From Lama glama (lineage: Eukaryota): 64,000 nt of DNA. The DNA is taken from NCBI GenBank assembly GCA_028534125.1, contig CM052821.1, positions 54,126,001 to 54,190,000 on the forward strand. Reading direction: 5' to 3'. A model generated the notes under the pieces. The model worked only from the letters and a program-made list of their open reading frames with translations, searched no databases and was not told the origin of the DNA. The position numbers were made by a program, and so were the translations under genes. Positions within the stretch are counted from its first letter, which is position 1, and every line of letters begins with the position of its first letter. Shown in pieces: positions 51,211 through 64,000 of this stretch.

Positions 51211-52054
51211 AGGTAAGGTGTTCAGCTGCCCCGTCTCTGCCCTCCTCCAGGAACCCCAGGCCTTGAGCAGAGCCTGCGAGCTGGGCCCAGTGACCTGCTG
51301 AGCTGTGCTCTGCGTGCAGACGGTGTCCCCCGGGGGACACTCAACACTCTGTCCTCTCTGCTGGGGTAGTTTTAGAAGGAACAGTATTTCTGATGGAAAT
51401 GAATAAAGTGTTGAAAACAAGCTTTAGACTTTGAGCTGAATGTCCTGGGGCGGGGTGGGGAGGGACAAACCCTCACAGGCTAAATGTAGCCAAAATCGCC
51501 TCCCAGGAGAGGAGGCACTGCCGCCTTCTCTCCCGAAATGAGTGCGGGGGCCATGGCAATGCACGGGGTCCTGCTCCAATACCCCCGCCTCCAGGTGGCC
51601 CCGGAGGGCTCCTCCCAGCAGTGTCGAACAGGGGAAGGGTGGTGCTGGGCGGTGGAGGCAGGGGCCGGGGAAGCCACTAGCAGCCAGACCAGTTCACATC
51701 GGCTCCTGGCAGAGGCCTTTGTGAGCTCACGCTCGCCCCTTGACCTGGCAGAAATGCCGGCCCCTGGCCTGCAGCCCCCATCTCACTGTAAATGCCCCCA
51801 CTCCCAAACCCCTCTCCTCTGAGCTCCAGGCCCGCACAGGACAACCCCTCCACCGGACGCCTCCCCTTCCTCTCAAGCCAGCTCCTCTTCCTGGGTCCCT
51901 CATGACAGGGAGGGGGTCCCACCACTGCCACCCTGTGCCCGTGTCACGCCTGGGCTCAGGCCGGCCCCTCTTTCCATCACGGAAGCCTTCTCCGACACCC
52001 CTGGCCAGGTGGGAGCCTGGGCCTCACGAACCGCGGGGGTAGGAGAGACGACAC

Positions 52055-52600
52055 GACACTTCAAAAAAGAGTTTGGTGTTTCCTACAAATTAAACACAGC
52101 CTGTGCGCTAGGACCTGGCAACTTCTCTCCTAGGTACTGACATAGAGGAATGAAAATGTGTCCTCAGAACTGCATGCCCACGAATGTCCGGAGCAGCCTT
52201 ATTCATTATCGCCCCAAAGTGGAAAAACCCAAGCGTCCGTCAGCTGGAGAGTGGACAGCCATGGTGACACATCCGGGCCATGTGACGAACAGAGCAGAGG
52301 GCGAGGCGGGCCCACCAGCAGCAGGGAGGAGCCTCGAGCGAACGCAGGGGGTCAGGAAGGCCACTTACTGATCGGTCCCACTGACACGAAGCTCATGGAA
52401 GCGAGGAAGGTGGGAGGAGTGATGGGACAGGGCACAAGGGCCCCTCCCTCCTGGGGGGATGGGAATGCTCTGTCTTCACGGGGGGGGGGTAAGTCACTTG
52501 GTGTGTACAACTGTCAAAACTCATCAAACAGTAAAGACGTGTGAATTTCAATGTATGTAAATTATATTGCAAAGAGAAAAAATTATGTATTTAAGAAAAC
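52055..52600 (+). mobile_element. Degenerate L1 3' end
   Basis: gcaacttctctcctaggta...aatgaaaatgtgtcctcag...gcagccttattcattatcgccccaaagtggaaaaaaccc ... ctgtcaaaactcatcaaac. Confidence 0.7.
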
Positions 52601-55600
52601 AGCAAGAGCTGCAGCTCCAGCCCCCACGGGAAGAAAGGAAAACGGGGGCGGGGGGCTGCTGGAGGGGCGCGGGCTGGAGTGCAGCCCCACGGCCCCCGGG
52701 GGAGGACGAGGGTCACCACCCACCCCCGCCACCTCCTGGCAGCCTCACAGCCCCCGTGCTGCGTGCAGACTGGAATCAAGTCCTAGGCACGTCAACCAGG
52801 GCCTGAGGAGCAAGGCGCCATCTCCAGGAGGGGACCGGGGACCCGGGAGTGGATCAGGAGCAGGTGTGGTTTCTGGGTGGCGCTGAGACAGCGCTGGAAT
52901 CGACATGGGCCGTTTATGGAGATAAAACACACACTGGCCTCACGATCATAGACAGGACTTCACTGTCCTGTTACCGACTTCTGTTCTCATCCCTCTGATG
53001 AGCACCTGAAACTGCAGAGAAGGGGTGGTGGGTTCGGGGCTGAGAGGGATAGAGGACGTCCCCAGACTGCACTCCGGCTCCCGGCGGGCACACGTGTGCT
53101 GGCAGCACTGGCAGTGGAGGAACAGCCCAGAGACGCGAGGTGGACCAGAGGCAGCGCAAGAGGAGGCAGGGAGGCCAGGGAGGAGGAGCAGTGGCCCCAG
53201 GGGGACATGCGACATGGGGACAAGGCGTGGAGACCAGGGAGCCCAGGAGGGGGGTTTTAAGCAGGAGGGTGACAGGAGTCATGAAAAATCCCAGGCAGAG
53301 CCCGGAGTTCGGTGGTGGGGACACAGACACGAAAGGGGTGTCGCCCCCGCCCTCAGGAAACTCACTACCAGGGGCTGGGGGGTAGAGCGCGTGGACAAGC
53401 CTCTGCCGCTCTGAGCCTCAGTGTCCCCACCTGTAAAAGGGAACAGTCACGGGAAACCACAGAGACGCCTGAAACACCGCCGACCTCCACCAGGCACCGT
53501 GTGGTTAGATGGTGAGGAAATGATTCACGCCTCCCCGTGGCAAGAGGGCCTGATCTGCGGCCGGGCTCCAGGCAGGCCTGCTTCCACCCCTCCAGTCCAC
53601 TCGATTATTCCCAACATGAAACCCGGCCCTTAAATTCCGCTGCGAGTTCTAATTATCAGCATTAGCATTGCTGATCTTCCGCCCGCCCGCTGCGAGCGGC
53701 TTCAGAGGCACTGTGGTCCAGCACTGCATCCTTGTGTTAATAAGCTGGAATAAATGAGGCCGCGCTGAGCAGTGGGGCCCACAGGATGGAGGAACATTTT
53801 AATTTCAGATTTGGGGTCTCAAGTTATGAGGGACAACCAGAGGGAGGAGCAGGCCCCACCCCTGGGGGCCGGAGCAGGAGGCCGAGACGTGGCCCGGGTC
53901 AGTCGGGGTGCTGGAGGACGGACGGCGCGGACGGGCCTGGGCTGCCGGGCTGGGCCCTTGAGGGAGGGGGACTTTCTGTTCAAGCTGCACAGATGCGTGG
54001 GCCCCTCATGCCATCCCCACCTGGCCCTGTTCCTGCACACACCCGGGGGCTGGGACAAAGTAGGGCACAGCTTAGAGGGAGCCCGTCTCATCAGCCTTCA
54101 CTGAGGGGGGAAAAGAAGGGTCACTCTCAGCCACGACCCCAGCCCTCGGCCCCTCCGAATGCACCCGCACCTGTCCCTGGCGCAGCCTGGATGCCCTGGG
54201 GTCCCCCAAATGCTGAGGGTAAAAACAATGAAGCAGCAGCACTCAGGAAGGAGAATCAGGAGGCCACGGAGGGAACAGACACCAACAGCCAAACCGCACG
54301 CAGGGCCTGGGACACCTGCTCCCCGAACCGCCCCGCTGGGCAGAGGCAGCGGCAGATGCACGGGGGCTCCCTGCCCTCAGGGGTCATGGGCCTCCCCCCT
54401 CCCCCAACTGGGACCTCCCCCTCCCACCCAGGCTGGGGGTGGGCTGGCCAAACCGGGGCCCACATCCTCGCCTGCATCCTCCAGTGAGGTGGACTCGTGG
54501 TCCACTGTGCACAGGAGCAGACAGACACGCACAGGGGAGGTATCCGCCTGACCTGGGGACCGGCCAGCTTACTGTCATTCATGGAATTTAATTTTGTGTT
54601 AGTATGTCAACTTCTGAACATTCCAGCTTGTTCCGACTTTTAAAGGCTCAATAAATATTCGTTGAATGAGTAGAGGGATTAGAGAATAATGGCAACTTTG
54701 GCCCTTACTGAGGCCCTGCCACATGCCACACAGTCATGATTGTATTTACTCCTTCCACCCAGGAGGACACAAAGGGCCAGGAGGCTCAGTGACCTGCCCA
54801 AGGTCACTCGGCTTTGAGCCCGTGATCCACGCGGGGGGAATCCCAGAGACCCTGGGGAGGAGTGCACCAGGGCACCGCCAGGCCCCCTCCCAGTGTCCCC
54901 AGGTGCCAGGCCTCCCTGCAAGCTGGGCAGTGCTGGGCTCCTGGGGGCCAGGCGTGGTGGTAACCCCAGTCGGCCATGGAGCTGGCCTTTGGGGGGCCAT
55001 CTGCCCGGGTAGGTCAGGGCAGCCTGCCCCTTTGTGCCTCAGGTCCTGCACCCACAGCCTCTCTCCTCCTCTTCTCCAGCAGGTCTGGCTTCATCTCATC
55101 TCGGTCAGAACAGCAATGGGCACAGGAGATGAAGGCAGAAAGACCAGAGGACTACAGACCCCACGGAAGCTGAGGACGCCCCGATTCTCTGACCATGTGG
55201 TAGACGCGGGGTGCAAAGTGGTGAAACGGGCAACTCCGTCATCCACACAAACAGGGGCCCAGAGGGCTCAGCCTCGACTCTCACAGCCCGTGCCTCAAAG
55301 GCCCGCACTGCACACCTACTGTGTGCCAGGCACAGGGCTGCGGGCGGGCCTTTGGTCCCGCGGATGGTGACTGACAAAGCTGAGGGCAGTGGGGGCCACA
55401 CCGGAGTAACGTGGGGTGGGGAGGCCCCGTCCAGCCTTTGGAGCTGCATTCACTCCTCCGTTGGTTCCCTCCTCCCTCTCTTCATTCTGTATTTTATTCC
55501 AGGCATGAATCTGAGGCAGCCTGTCCTCCAGGGGTTCCCAGTTGTGGGGACAGACCTCCTGCCCTGTTTGTGGGGGCAGAGGGAGTAGGTCACCCGCCCA

Positions 55601-58600
55601 GAGGAGGGGACAGTGAGCCAGGCCACGAAACAAGGCAGCACGGCGCAGGCAAAGGTCTGGCAAGGAGGAGCGGGGCCCTGGGAGGCCAGACTCAGGACCC
55701 GCATTTGTGCCGAGTGTTCATTCCTCTCTCCCAGCCAGACCCAGGGAAGAGGCAGACACTCCTCTGAAACCTGGCCCCGGGGGCTGGTGACACTGAGCCA
55801 GGCCCCCGGATGGTGTGCGCTCCAAACCCTGCCTGCCAACCAGCGAGCGGACCCGACGCTTGGCCAGGCTGCTGACTCTGGACCCCCGTCGATGGATGGG
55901 GGTGAGGACACCAGGCTTTTAAGTGGGATGTCCACGTGGGGAGTGTGTCCTCAGGGCAGCAGAGGAGGAAACAGGCAGGGCTCCTGAGAGCGAGTGAATG
56001 AATGAGGGGCTTAGGGGACAGTATTCGCTATAGAAATAAAGTCACGGATGTGGAAAGAAGGACGCAGGGAAAGGGAGCGTCGGGTTTGGGGTCAGCAGAG
56101 TGCTTCCCCGGTGCTCACTCGCTCCGCCCTGTCGCACGTCCGCCTCTCTGAACCTCGGTTTCCTCCTCTGTCAGCTGGAGAGATGTCTGCCTCCTGGGGT
56201 CACACAGGTATCTGCACGGAGGGCTGACGGTGCACCCAGAAGGTGCTTTGACCTCCCCCGCCACCTTAACTCCCTGTAAGCTGCTGGCGACGCCGCCTCA
56301 GTGACATGAGGAGGGGAAAGCCCTCTGCGAGTGTGAGGAGCTGCGGGAGCAGGTTCCAATCAAGCTCGGTTCACGGGTAGCTCACGTCACGTTGCTCCTG
56401 CACCTCAGGAGGCCCCACCTCCCCAGGAAGGCCTGGTGCTCACGGGAGCCAGGAGGAAGCGGCGGGTGAGCCGGGGTCTGCCCAGGCTCCCCTACACCCC
56501 CTCCCCTGAGAAATGGGGCAACTTTGCTCCGGCCAATGACATGAGGCCCGGTGCTTCCCACGCAGACACACGCCTGGATCTGCGCCCCTTCCAGCCCCGA
56601 GTGGGAACCCGGAGCTTCCGAGTGTCCTGCTCCGTAAGCGCCTGTGGGCCGGTTCCCAGGCCAGCGGCCGGCAGCCTGGCCCATTGCCCCGGCCCCCGGT
56701 CTCTGCTCTGCTCAGGTCTCCTGCACTGGGTTCAGGGCAAAGCACCTCCAGGAGGGCTGGAGTGGGGGGACAGGCAGTGATGGGGCTCCTGGCAGCCCCT
56801 TGTCTTCTGCCACCTGACCAGGCTCCCCCCAGATACTGGTGGCAGGATGGGGGGTTGTAAGGGGCCCTGCTTACCTCGCCCTTGGCAGGCAGCTGTGGGC
56901 AAGCACACGGGGGTGACAGCTGGGACACACCTGAATCTTGGGGCTCCAAGAGGGCTGGCGTTCAGGTGGGACCGGCGCTCTCCCAGTCCCGGCAGCGAAC
57001 GGAGAAGACGCTGTAACCCGCACCGGAATCACAGGGCTGTGCCTTCCGCCCGGATCGCTCTTCCCTCTCCCCCAGCCTGCGTCACCTGTTTATTCATTCC
57101 GCGAGGCGGTGGGCTTGGAGTCTTGGGGACACTGCAAACTCCCAGGGCCCACCTTGTCAGCCCTCAGAGGAGCTGAATAGTGGGTACTCGGTCTCCTGAC
57201 CCAGCTCCTCACCATTCTGGAGACCCTAGGGTTTTTCTCCAGCCGCCCAAGGAGGGTGGGGGTGGGTGGGTTGGATGCCAGGAGCCCCCATTCCAGGCCT
57301 GGCTGCGGCCCTGAGCTAGTGCACACTGGGGCCAGAGAAGACTGCCCCCACAGCCACCTCCGCGGGGACACCGCGGACGACTGCTAGGGGCATCTGCACC
57401 CTGGGACAGGTGGCACTTGCCAGTCAGGCTGCGGTTCTCTAGTTTGTTTTGTTTTAAGCAGAAGTCCCACCAATTCGAAACATCAAACTGGACACTGTAA
57501 TGTGCAGCGGCTCCACCTCTGAAGTGCCCGTGGGCCCCTCCCCATCGCCCCCAAGTCTTCCGCAGAGCCGACCCGACGCAGGCGCCACTGGGCTTTCGTG
57601 ATGTGATCGCTTCGCATTTTCCCGTGTTCCCTTTCGTTTTGTTTTTCCTGCTTTAATTTATTAATTAGTCTCTCCGCTCACAACATAATCCCAGCCCCAG
57701 AGGATCTTTTAACACAGCCAACACCTCTGAACGTTTCCTCTTCCAGTGCGTCGTGGAGGGGAGTGGAGCGGGGGCTTCCTGCTATGATGGAGACTCCCCA
57801 GGGGAGCCCCCCGCCCTCCTCCTGAGACCACAGCTTCCAGCTGTGTGGGTTTGGCTGCAAGGGTTATGCTAAGACTTTGCTGTATTTAATTTGGACTGAA
57901 GATGCCCCTTCCCCCGTCAGCTGGGGCTCCCCACAGAGCCTCCCCTCCCCATCGGTCCTCCCGGGAGTCAGGCCGGGTCCTCCAGCTTCAGCCCCTCCAA
58001 CCAGGCTCTTCTTAAGGAGCCTCCCAGCTGAGGACCCCACCCCAGGGGGGGTGTGAGCCACCGAGGGCTCGGCCCTGAAAGGGCCCACGTTTATGCCGGG
58101 CGATGTGGGGAGCCACACAGCCAAGGCTGTTTAAACCCGTGCCGTCGAGGCCTCCTTGTCCGAATGCACCGGCCAGTATAGTTCCTTTCTCTTTTCAAAG
58201 CCCCTCAGAAAGAAATTCCATAAGCACCCAGCGCTCGTTCAGTGCTTCCCCGCCCCCGAAATAATCCACAGCCGCCAGGGCACATCAGCCCCTCCCTCCC
58301 CTGGGCCTGAACACCCTCACCTCAGAGGTGCCGGTGACTTTGCGAGCCCCTCCCGTGTGCGAGCGGCTCCTCTCCCTTAACCCTGAGCCCCGCACATGCA
58401 GGGATCTTACCAATTCTTTTCTCTCATCCTGGGAAGACACTAAAAACAGCTGCAGTGAATGAAGCTGCCCCACTCCCCCAGCCGAGCTTCTGTGACCGGG
58501 CGCATCATGACAACCCAGCCAACCTGAGCCACCTGGGATGTATTTGTGTGTTAGGTCCTGCCCGACTTCCCCACCTTCCATCCCGTCTCACCTGCTCCTC

Positions 58601-58788
58601 CGTGTGGCCTCTCGGGCCACTCAGGGCTACAGGTGAACTGAGAAACCAACACTTCACCAGAAGTAACATCCCTCCCCGCATCAAGTTCATTGAGTTTACC
58701 CCGTCAGATTCAAGCCCTCCCACACCGCACCTGCAGGACACACCTGGGAGACGGGAACCTGGAACCTCATTCTGCTCCTCTGTCTTTA

Positions 58789-59133
58789 ACAAGGGGGTCC
58801 CAGATCCTTGGGAGGCCACCAGGCTCCTATGGCCCACAGGTCAAATCAGGCCCATTGCCCATTTTTGTAACGCCCACCAACCAGGATTTTTTAAATGGTC
58901 TGTGGAGGAGAATCAAATAAAGGTTAATACTTTGTGTCATGTGGAAATTACATGAAATTCACACATCAGTGTCCACAAGTAAAGTTGTATTGGAACATGG
59001 CCGCACAGGTTCCCTCTGTGTTGTCCACACTGCCCTGCAGCGGCAGAGCTGAGTCGTCGTGACAGGGGCCCTGTGGCCCATCAAGCTAAGCAGATGCCCT
59101 GTCTGGCCCTTTCCAGGAAGTCTGGCGACCCCC
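58789..59133 (+). mobile_element. MER58B-like hAT-Charlie element
   Basis: ctatggcccacaggtcaaatcaggccc...aattacatgaaattc...taaagttgtattggaaca...tctggccctttccaggaagtctggcgacccc. Confidence 0.78.
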
Positions 59134-62100
59134 CAGCTAAGCGACGATGAAGGACGTGTCCGGTGTCTGACCACGTGTACACGTGTGTGGACGGTGCATT
59201 ACTTTCTGGGGCTGTTTGTGACCTCAGAGGACACTAGGAGGCCAGACAAGGATACAGCTCACAGCTGGGCCTCACTGTCCACTCCAGACAGGACTAAGAG
59301 GCTTGGCTGGACCAGGGGCCCTAGATGGGACAGCCAGAGGGACAGCTCCCCCCTGTGCAGCTACCACGAAACCCAGTGAATCCAGAACCCAGGCTGCCAC
59401 GTGCTGGGTGGGATGTGAGGGGCGCTTTTGAATGCAAACATCTACACAGCACCGATGAAGCTGGAAAGAGAAGGTTCTGTAGCAGAGGAGGATGGTGGCC
59501 TTTTGGCCAGACGAGAGCCGCCTGGACCACAAGGTGGTGGGGCTCAGGGCCCGGGCTGAGCAATCCCACCGGCTCAGGTTTGAGTCCCAGCTCTGTCCTC
59601 AGTACCTGTGAGGGCCTGGGGAGGGCACATAACCCCCTGGGCCCCATCTCCCCGACTGTCTAGGCTTGCACGAGGAACAGACAGGCATGGGGAGCAGTCA
59701 GGCCTGAGCACGTGCTCGGTGAGTCACAGCTGCTGCCATGACCACTAGTCTATCTCAGCTCACCTCCCAGACAACACTGAGGGCTAAGGACTCTTGCCCG
59801 TACTTTTGAACATCTTTTGAAATAGACTCAGAGAAGTGAAGTGATCTGCCTGAGGCCACACAGCAAGATGCAGTCGACCTAGCTAGACCTGGGCCTCCTG
59901 ACACCCAAGCGCGTGCCCTGGGACAGTGACGACGGAGCTGTTCTACCCGGCTGTCCAGACGGAAGCAGGGCCGTCTCCCTGGAGGACGAGCACTGGACAG
60001 GGCACTTCAGCTGGGCTTTGAAAAAGAGGGAGCTCTTGACACATGGTGCAGGGTCCACCCTCCAGAGACAAGAGAAGGGAAAGCCAAAGCAAGGAGGTGT
60101 GAGGTGAGGTGTGAGCAAACGGGGACAGTGGTACCACAGGGCGGGCAGGATGGAGTTCCAGCCCAGCAGCCACGGTCAAGCTAAGCCCAGAGCGACCACA
60201 GGATGGACCACCGGCCAGTGATCCGGCTGCGTCAGGCCTGTGTGGGCAGAGGGTGGCGGCATGGTGCCTGGTCAGGATCCCCAGTTCTGGGCTTAGATGG
60301 ACTGGTACAGAATCCTGGTCACCACTCCTTGGCTGTGTGACCTCAGAAAGGTCCCTGAACCTCTCTGGGCATCAGTTTCCTCATCTGGGTAACCTTGACC
60401 TATGCTCACGGGGAGGTTGTGACTATTAAGTGGGATGATACAGGAAATGATGGAGCGGATGTTCTGTGTGTGTCCTAAAGCAAAGTCCCAATAGGCCGGC
60501 CCCAAAGGCCAGGGATCCAGGATCCTCATGGGAAACAAAGTGAACCGAATCCTCCTTACCCAGGAGGAGGACACGATTCCGTATTTCTGCCTGGGGAGGA
60601 GCTGGGCAGGAGGGACAGGCGGAGGGCGGTCCAGATGGTGCCAAATAGACGGGGTGGAGGCCTGACCTGGGGCCTGAGAGTCAGGACCAGCTCACCATCT
60701 CAAGTGCGTCTTTTCCTCATCACTCAACTCGTAACGGGGATGACAGCCGGGATTAAATAGTAAGTCATCTCCAGCCCCATTACGGCCCCAGCAAGATGGC
60801 TCCAAATTAAATCTAACAGTCAATGAAATCGTCAATATTTAATTTACTCATTGCAGGTGGCAATTCAGCCCTCATGACGCTGCTGTTTAATGGCAGAAAT
60901 ACTGGGATTTATCATCATGGGCCTCAGAATCGCTGGGCTGTCTTCACCAGGCAGCCGCTGCCCAGGCGAGCTGGGGGTGGAGCCCTGGGGGACCCTCCGC
61001 AAGCTGCTCGGGGAGCACGTGGTCCTCAGGGAGCTTGTCCCTGGAGCCACTGCTGGGCCCCTCCCAGGATAGTGGTTCCTATTTTTTAATCCACTTGGCC
61101 CTCTCTGGAAACAGGAAACTTGGGAAGAATTAAGGGGTGGTGGACCCTCCTGATCCTCTGACCTCCCTTACCTGGTCTCCCTGGATCTGGGGAGGGAGAA
61201 AGGGCTCTCCTGAGGGCAGCATCCAGACGCCTGAATCACTTAAAAGCATCACCTCACGTACTTCTTCCGCTGGTTTGCTGTACCTGATGGCCCTGCCCTC
61301 CCGCCCTCCCCCGCGTCCTTCCGGCCCTGCTCGCTCCCCGGGCTCCCTGCAACCCCGCGCCCCACCAAGGATGCATCCTGTGGACCCACGGCCACGGCCA
61401 CTGCCCGGCCCACCCCTGCCCTTCTGCTGAGGGACCACAGATTCCACTCCCCGGGCTTCAAGCTCGACCAGGAAGCCCTTTCATGGGTCAAGCGTACGAC
61501 TGCGTCAAGTACTAACTCCCTTTAAAAAGTTTCCCACCTTGATTATGTGCACGAAAAACCTTATGAAGGCACAAAAGCAGGTGCCCTGGGAGTGGGACGG
61601 GAACCCAGCCTGCGTGGCAGGGCTGGTGCATGAGGCCCTGGCTCTTTCCTGCCACTCATCCTCCACGCAGCTTCCAGGGGAGTTTGTAAATTAATTTTTG
61701 TTTGTATTTAATTAATGCAAGTACAGAATCAATAGTCAACTCTCCCTCTCTCACAACTTGCTTTCTTCTGCCCCGAGTTTTCCCTGGCTTGGCTTTCTAT
61801 GGTCCTCTTGCCACGTTTTCCTAGGTTTCCTGACGGAATTAGAAACCCCTTTTCTGTATAAATCACTGGGTGCCAGTTTCTTTGTTTTCTAGAAGGTTCC
61901 ATCTGCTGGTCCAGCCTAACCGGGTTTCTCTCAAGGTGACTGGTCTCCTCCTGCGCTTAGATGCCCTGCTCTTCTGGGTTTGATTCTCTTATTTCGGCAA
62001 AGCACCTCACCCAGAGGGCTGCATGTGAACACACATCTCCGAGGCCCTGCGTGTCTTCAAGCAGAGCCCTAGGTTGGACAGTATTACCTCGTGGCGTTTT

Positions 62101-62652
62101 GAGCGCGTGGTTCTGCCGGCGTCCGGCTTCTGGGCCCGCGGCTGGGACAGCTCCCGCCTTCCTGGTTCCTTTGCAAGTGACTGTGCTATCCTGCTCCCCA
62201 AGTTTGAATCCAAAAGTCAAACCACGTGCTCTAGACTTCACAGTGATGCTCTGCAGGGTGGACCTTTAGGAATCTTCCATCTGGAAACTTGTGTCCCCTG
62301 ATTACAGAGAGCGTTCTTATTTCTTTGGTCTTGTTCTGTCCCTTTCCTCGTTTTACCTGGAACTCTTCCCACCAGACAGACCCTCCAATCTTCTCCACGT
62401 CTCTATCCATTCCCATCCATTTATCATTTTATTCTACTTTTTGAGAGCTCCCCCAGCTCTCCTGCTGACTGCTGAATCCCACTGTCACGCACTTTATTTC
62501 CAATGGTCCCTGCAGGTCTGTGGCTATTCCTCTTTCCAGCACCTGGCCCGACCTCACGGGTGCCGCAGATTGCCTGATTTCTCGTGTAACCGAGCAGGAC
62601 CCTGTGAGGTCTTCCTAGGAGAGCCCCCCAGTCCTCTGCTGTGGCTCCTCTC

Positions 62653-63055
62653 TGAAACACCTGAAGTAGCCACATAACACAGTCTCGTGCTTACTTCCTG
62701 AGTTTTTCAGGTACTGAAAACCACCACCAAAGGGAAGAAATTAATACTTGTTGATCCAGGGCACGTGGCCCCCAGACCTGCTGGCACCCAGAGGTTGGTA
62801 GTGTTGACCGCCCTGTTACCTCCACATCAGCCAATCAGAGAACCGTGCACGAGTTAATCACGCCCCCTGCAACACCCCTCACCCCTCACCTGCCCTAAAA
62901 TACGCTTTGCTGAAACCCTTTGGAGAGTTCGGGGTTTTCTCGGGCAGGAGCCACCCCTTGCTCGGCCCAGAAGTAAACATTTCTCTGCTCCAAACTCTGA
63001 TGTTTGTTTGTTTGGCCTCGTGGTGCACTGGCACATGAACCAGCCTTCAGCAACA
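62653..63055 (+). mobile_element. Solo ERV LTR (ERV1-like, probably laurasiatherian/artiodactyl)
   Basis: TG...CA bounded, ~400 bp. Has CCAAT (cagccaatcag), a TATA-like element (ctaaaata), a poly(A)-like signal (agtaaa) and a GT-rich U5. The 5' boundary is approximate. Confidence 0.65.
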
Positions 63056-64000
63056 CTCGGAGGACTCTGAAGGCTTCGGGAAGGTTTTCCGGCTTCCTGC
63101 ATGGCCTCCTCCTCCTCTTCAACCCTGTTTTCTGTCTGTCTTGGTCTCTTCCTTGTTAGAAGCTCCCTGAAGGTATGGTGATCACTGACTGTCCGCTCCC
63201 CTTTCAGGACAGAGCGCTGGAAGGCCTTCCGGAGGGCCTGTCTGGGTAATCACAGCCTGCTACAAAATGATGGCCCTTTGGCCTGATCCGTCTTCTTTCT
63301 CACACGCCTACTTGATGCTTGGGGCTTCAGCTTCGGAACCTCCCACAATTTCTGGGCCCCTTGGTGCCTCCACGCCTTCGCTCCAGCTGTGCCCCCTGCT
63401 AACTGTGGTCCAGATGAAGGAGGCACCTAAGCCCCCTGGAAGCGCCCTCTCAGTCAGCAGGCATCTGTAACGCCTGCTGCAGCTGCTCTGACCCAGAGGA
63501 AGCCGGGGCGTGGGGCGGGCAGGCAGGTGTCAGGGACACGCAGGAGAGGGCCCAGGCCTCTGCAGGACAGTGGGCTGGTGCAGCGATGAGCCCAAGGGAA
63601 GGGAAGCCTTTACGACTAGCGGAGGACTGAAAAACAAGCCGACGATGGGCGGGTGAACAGCAGAGAAGACACTCCAGGAGAGGTGGGAAGGGGGTCAGCG
63701 TGTTCGGGGAGATGCAGGGATGGGGTGTGAACGGAGCGAAGGCGAGGGCGGGGGTGAGTCAGGCCAGCGCCCCAGAGTCACGGGAGCCCTGGGTCTGAGT
63801 GGGGCACAGGCACGGCCCCTCTGCACTTCAGATGGCGCCCTCTCCGGGCGCGCAGGCACAGGCTTCCCCACACACACTGCCTTCTCCCTGAGACCCGCTT
63901 CCAAGGGCGCTTACTCATCGTGGCGCATCCAGCATCCAGCACAAGGCCTGGCACGTTGCGAACGCTACGTAAACATCCGCCTGGAACAAACAACCGCTCG

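Noticed and set aside
36396-64000. PHF21B first exons or promoter
   Set aside because: I saw no sequence encoding the recalled N-terminus (MELQSRPE.../NGDLKKQLHE...). It presumably lies beyond the window.
1-64000. CRISPR array, operon or prokaryotic defence-type system
   Set aside because: The DNA is clearly mammalian (spliceosomal introns, L1/L2/MIR/MaLR), and there is no repeat-spacer array.

Overview
Mammalian genomic DNA, very probably camelid (alpaca/camel), judged from several tRNA-Ala-derived Vic-1-type SINEs. The window holds the 3' part of PHF21B (PHD finger protein 21B, paralog of PHF21A/BHC80) on the minus strand. I traced 11 coding exons by hand (36395 down to the stop at 14927). 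All have AG/GT boundaries and consistent phases, and they total 1350 nt (449 aa + stop). The first exons, about 40 N-terminal residues by recalled human homology, lie beyond the right edge, so 36396-64000 is one long intron. A probable 3' UTR runs to about 13100. Positions 1-13000 are intergenic and repeat-rich. The rest is GC-rich intron with L1, L2, MIR, MaLR/ERV LTRs, hAT/Tigger DNA transposons and three assembly gaps. Almost all ORFs in the supplied track are spurious. I found no novel gene system. The best leads are regulatory: (1) a 23-nt frame-restoring microexon with an SRRM4-type 3' splice site whose skipping creates an early stop; (2) an RE1/REST-like site next to a coding exon; (3) several AT-rich, homeodomain-motif islands that may be enhancers.
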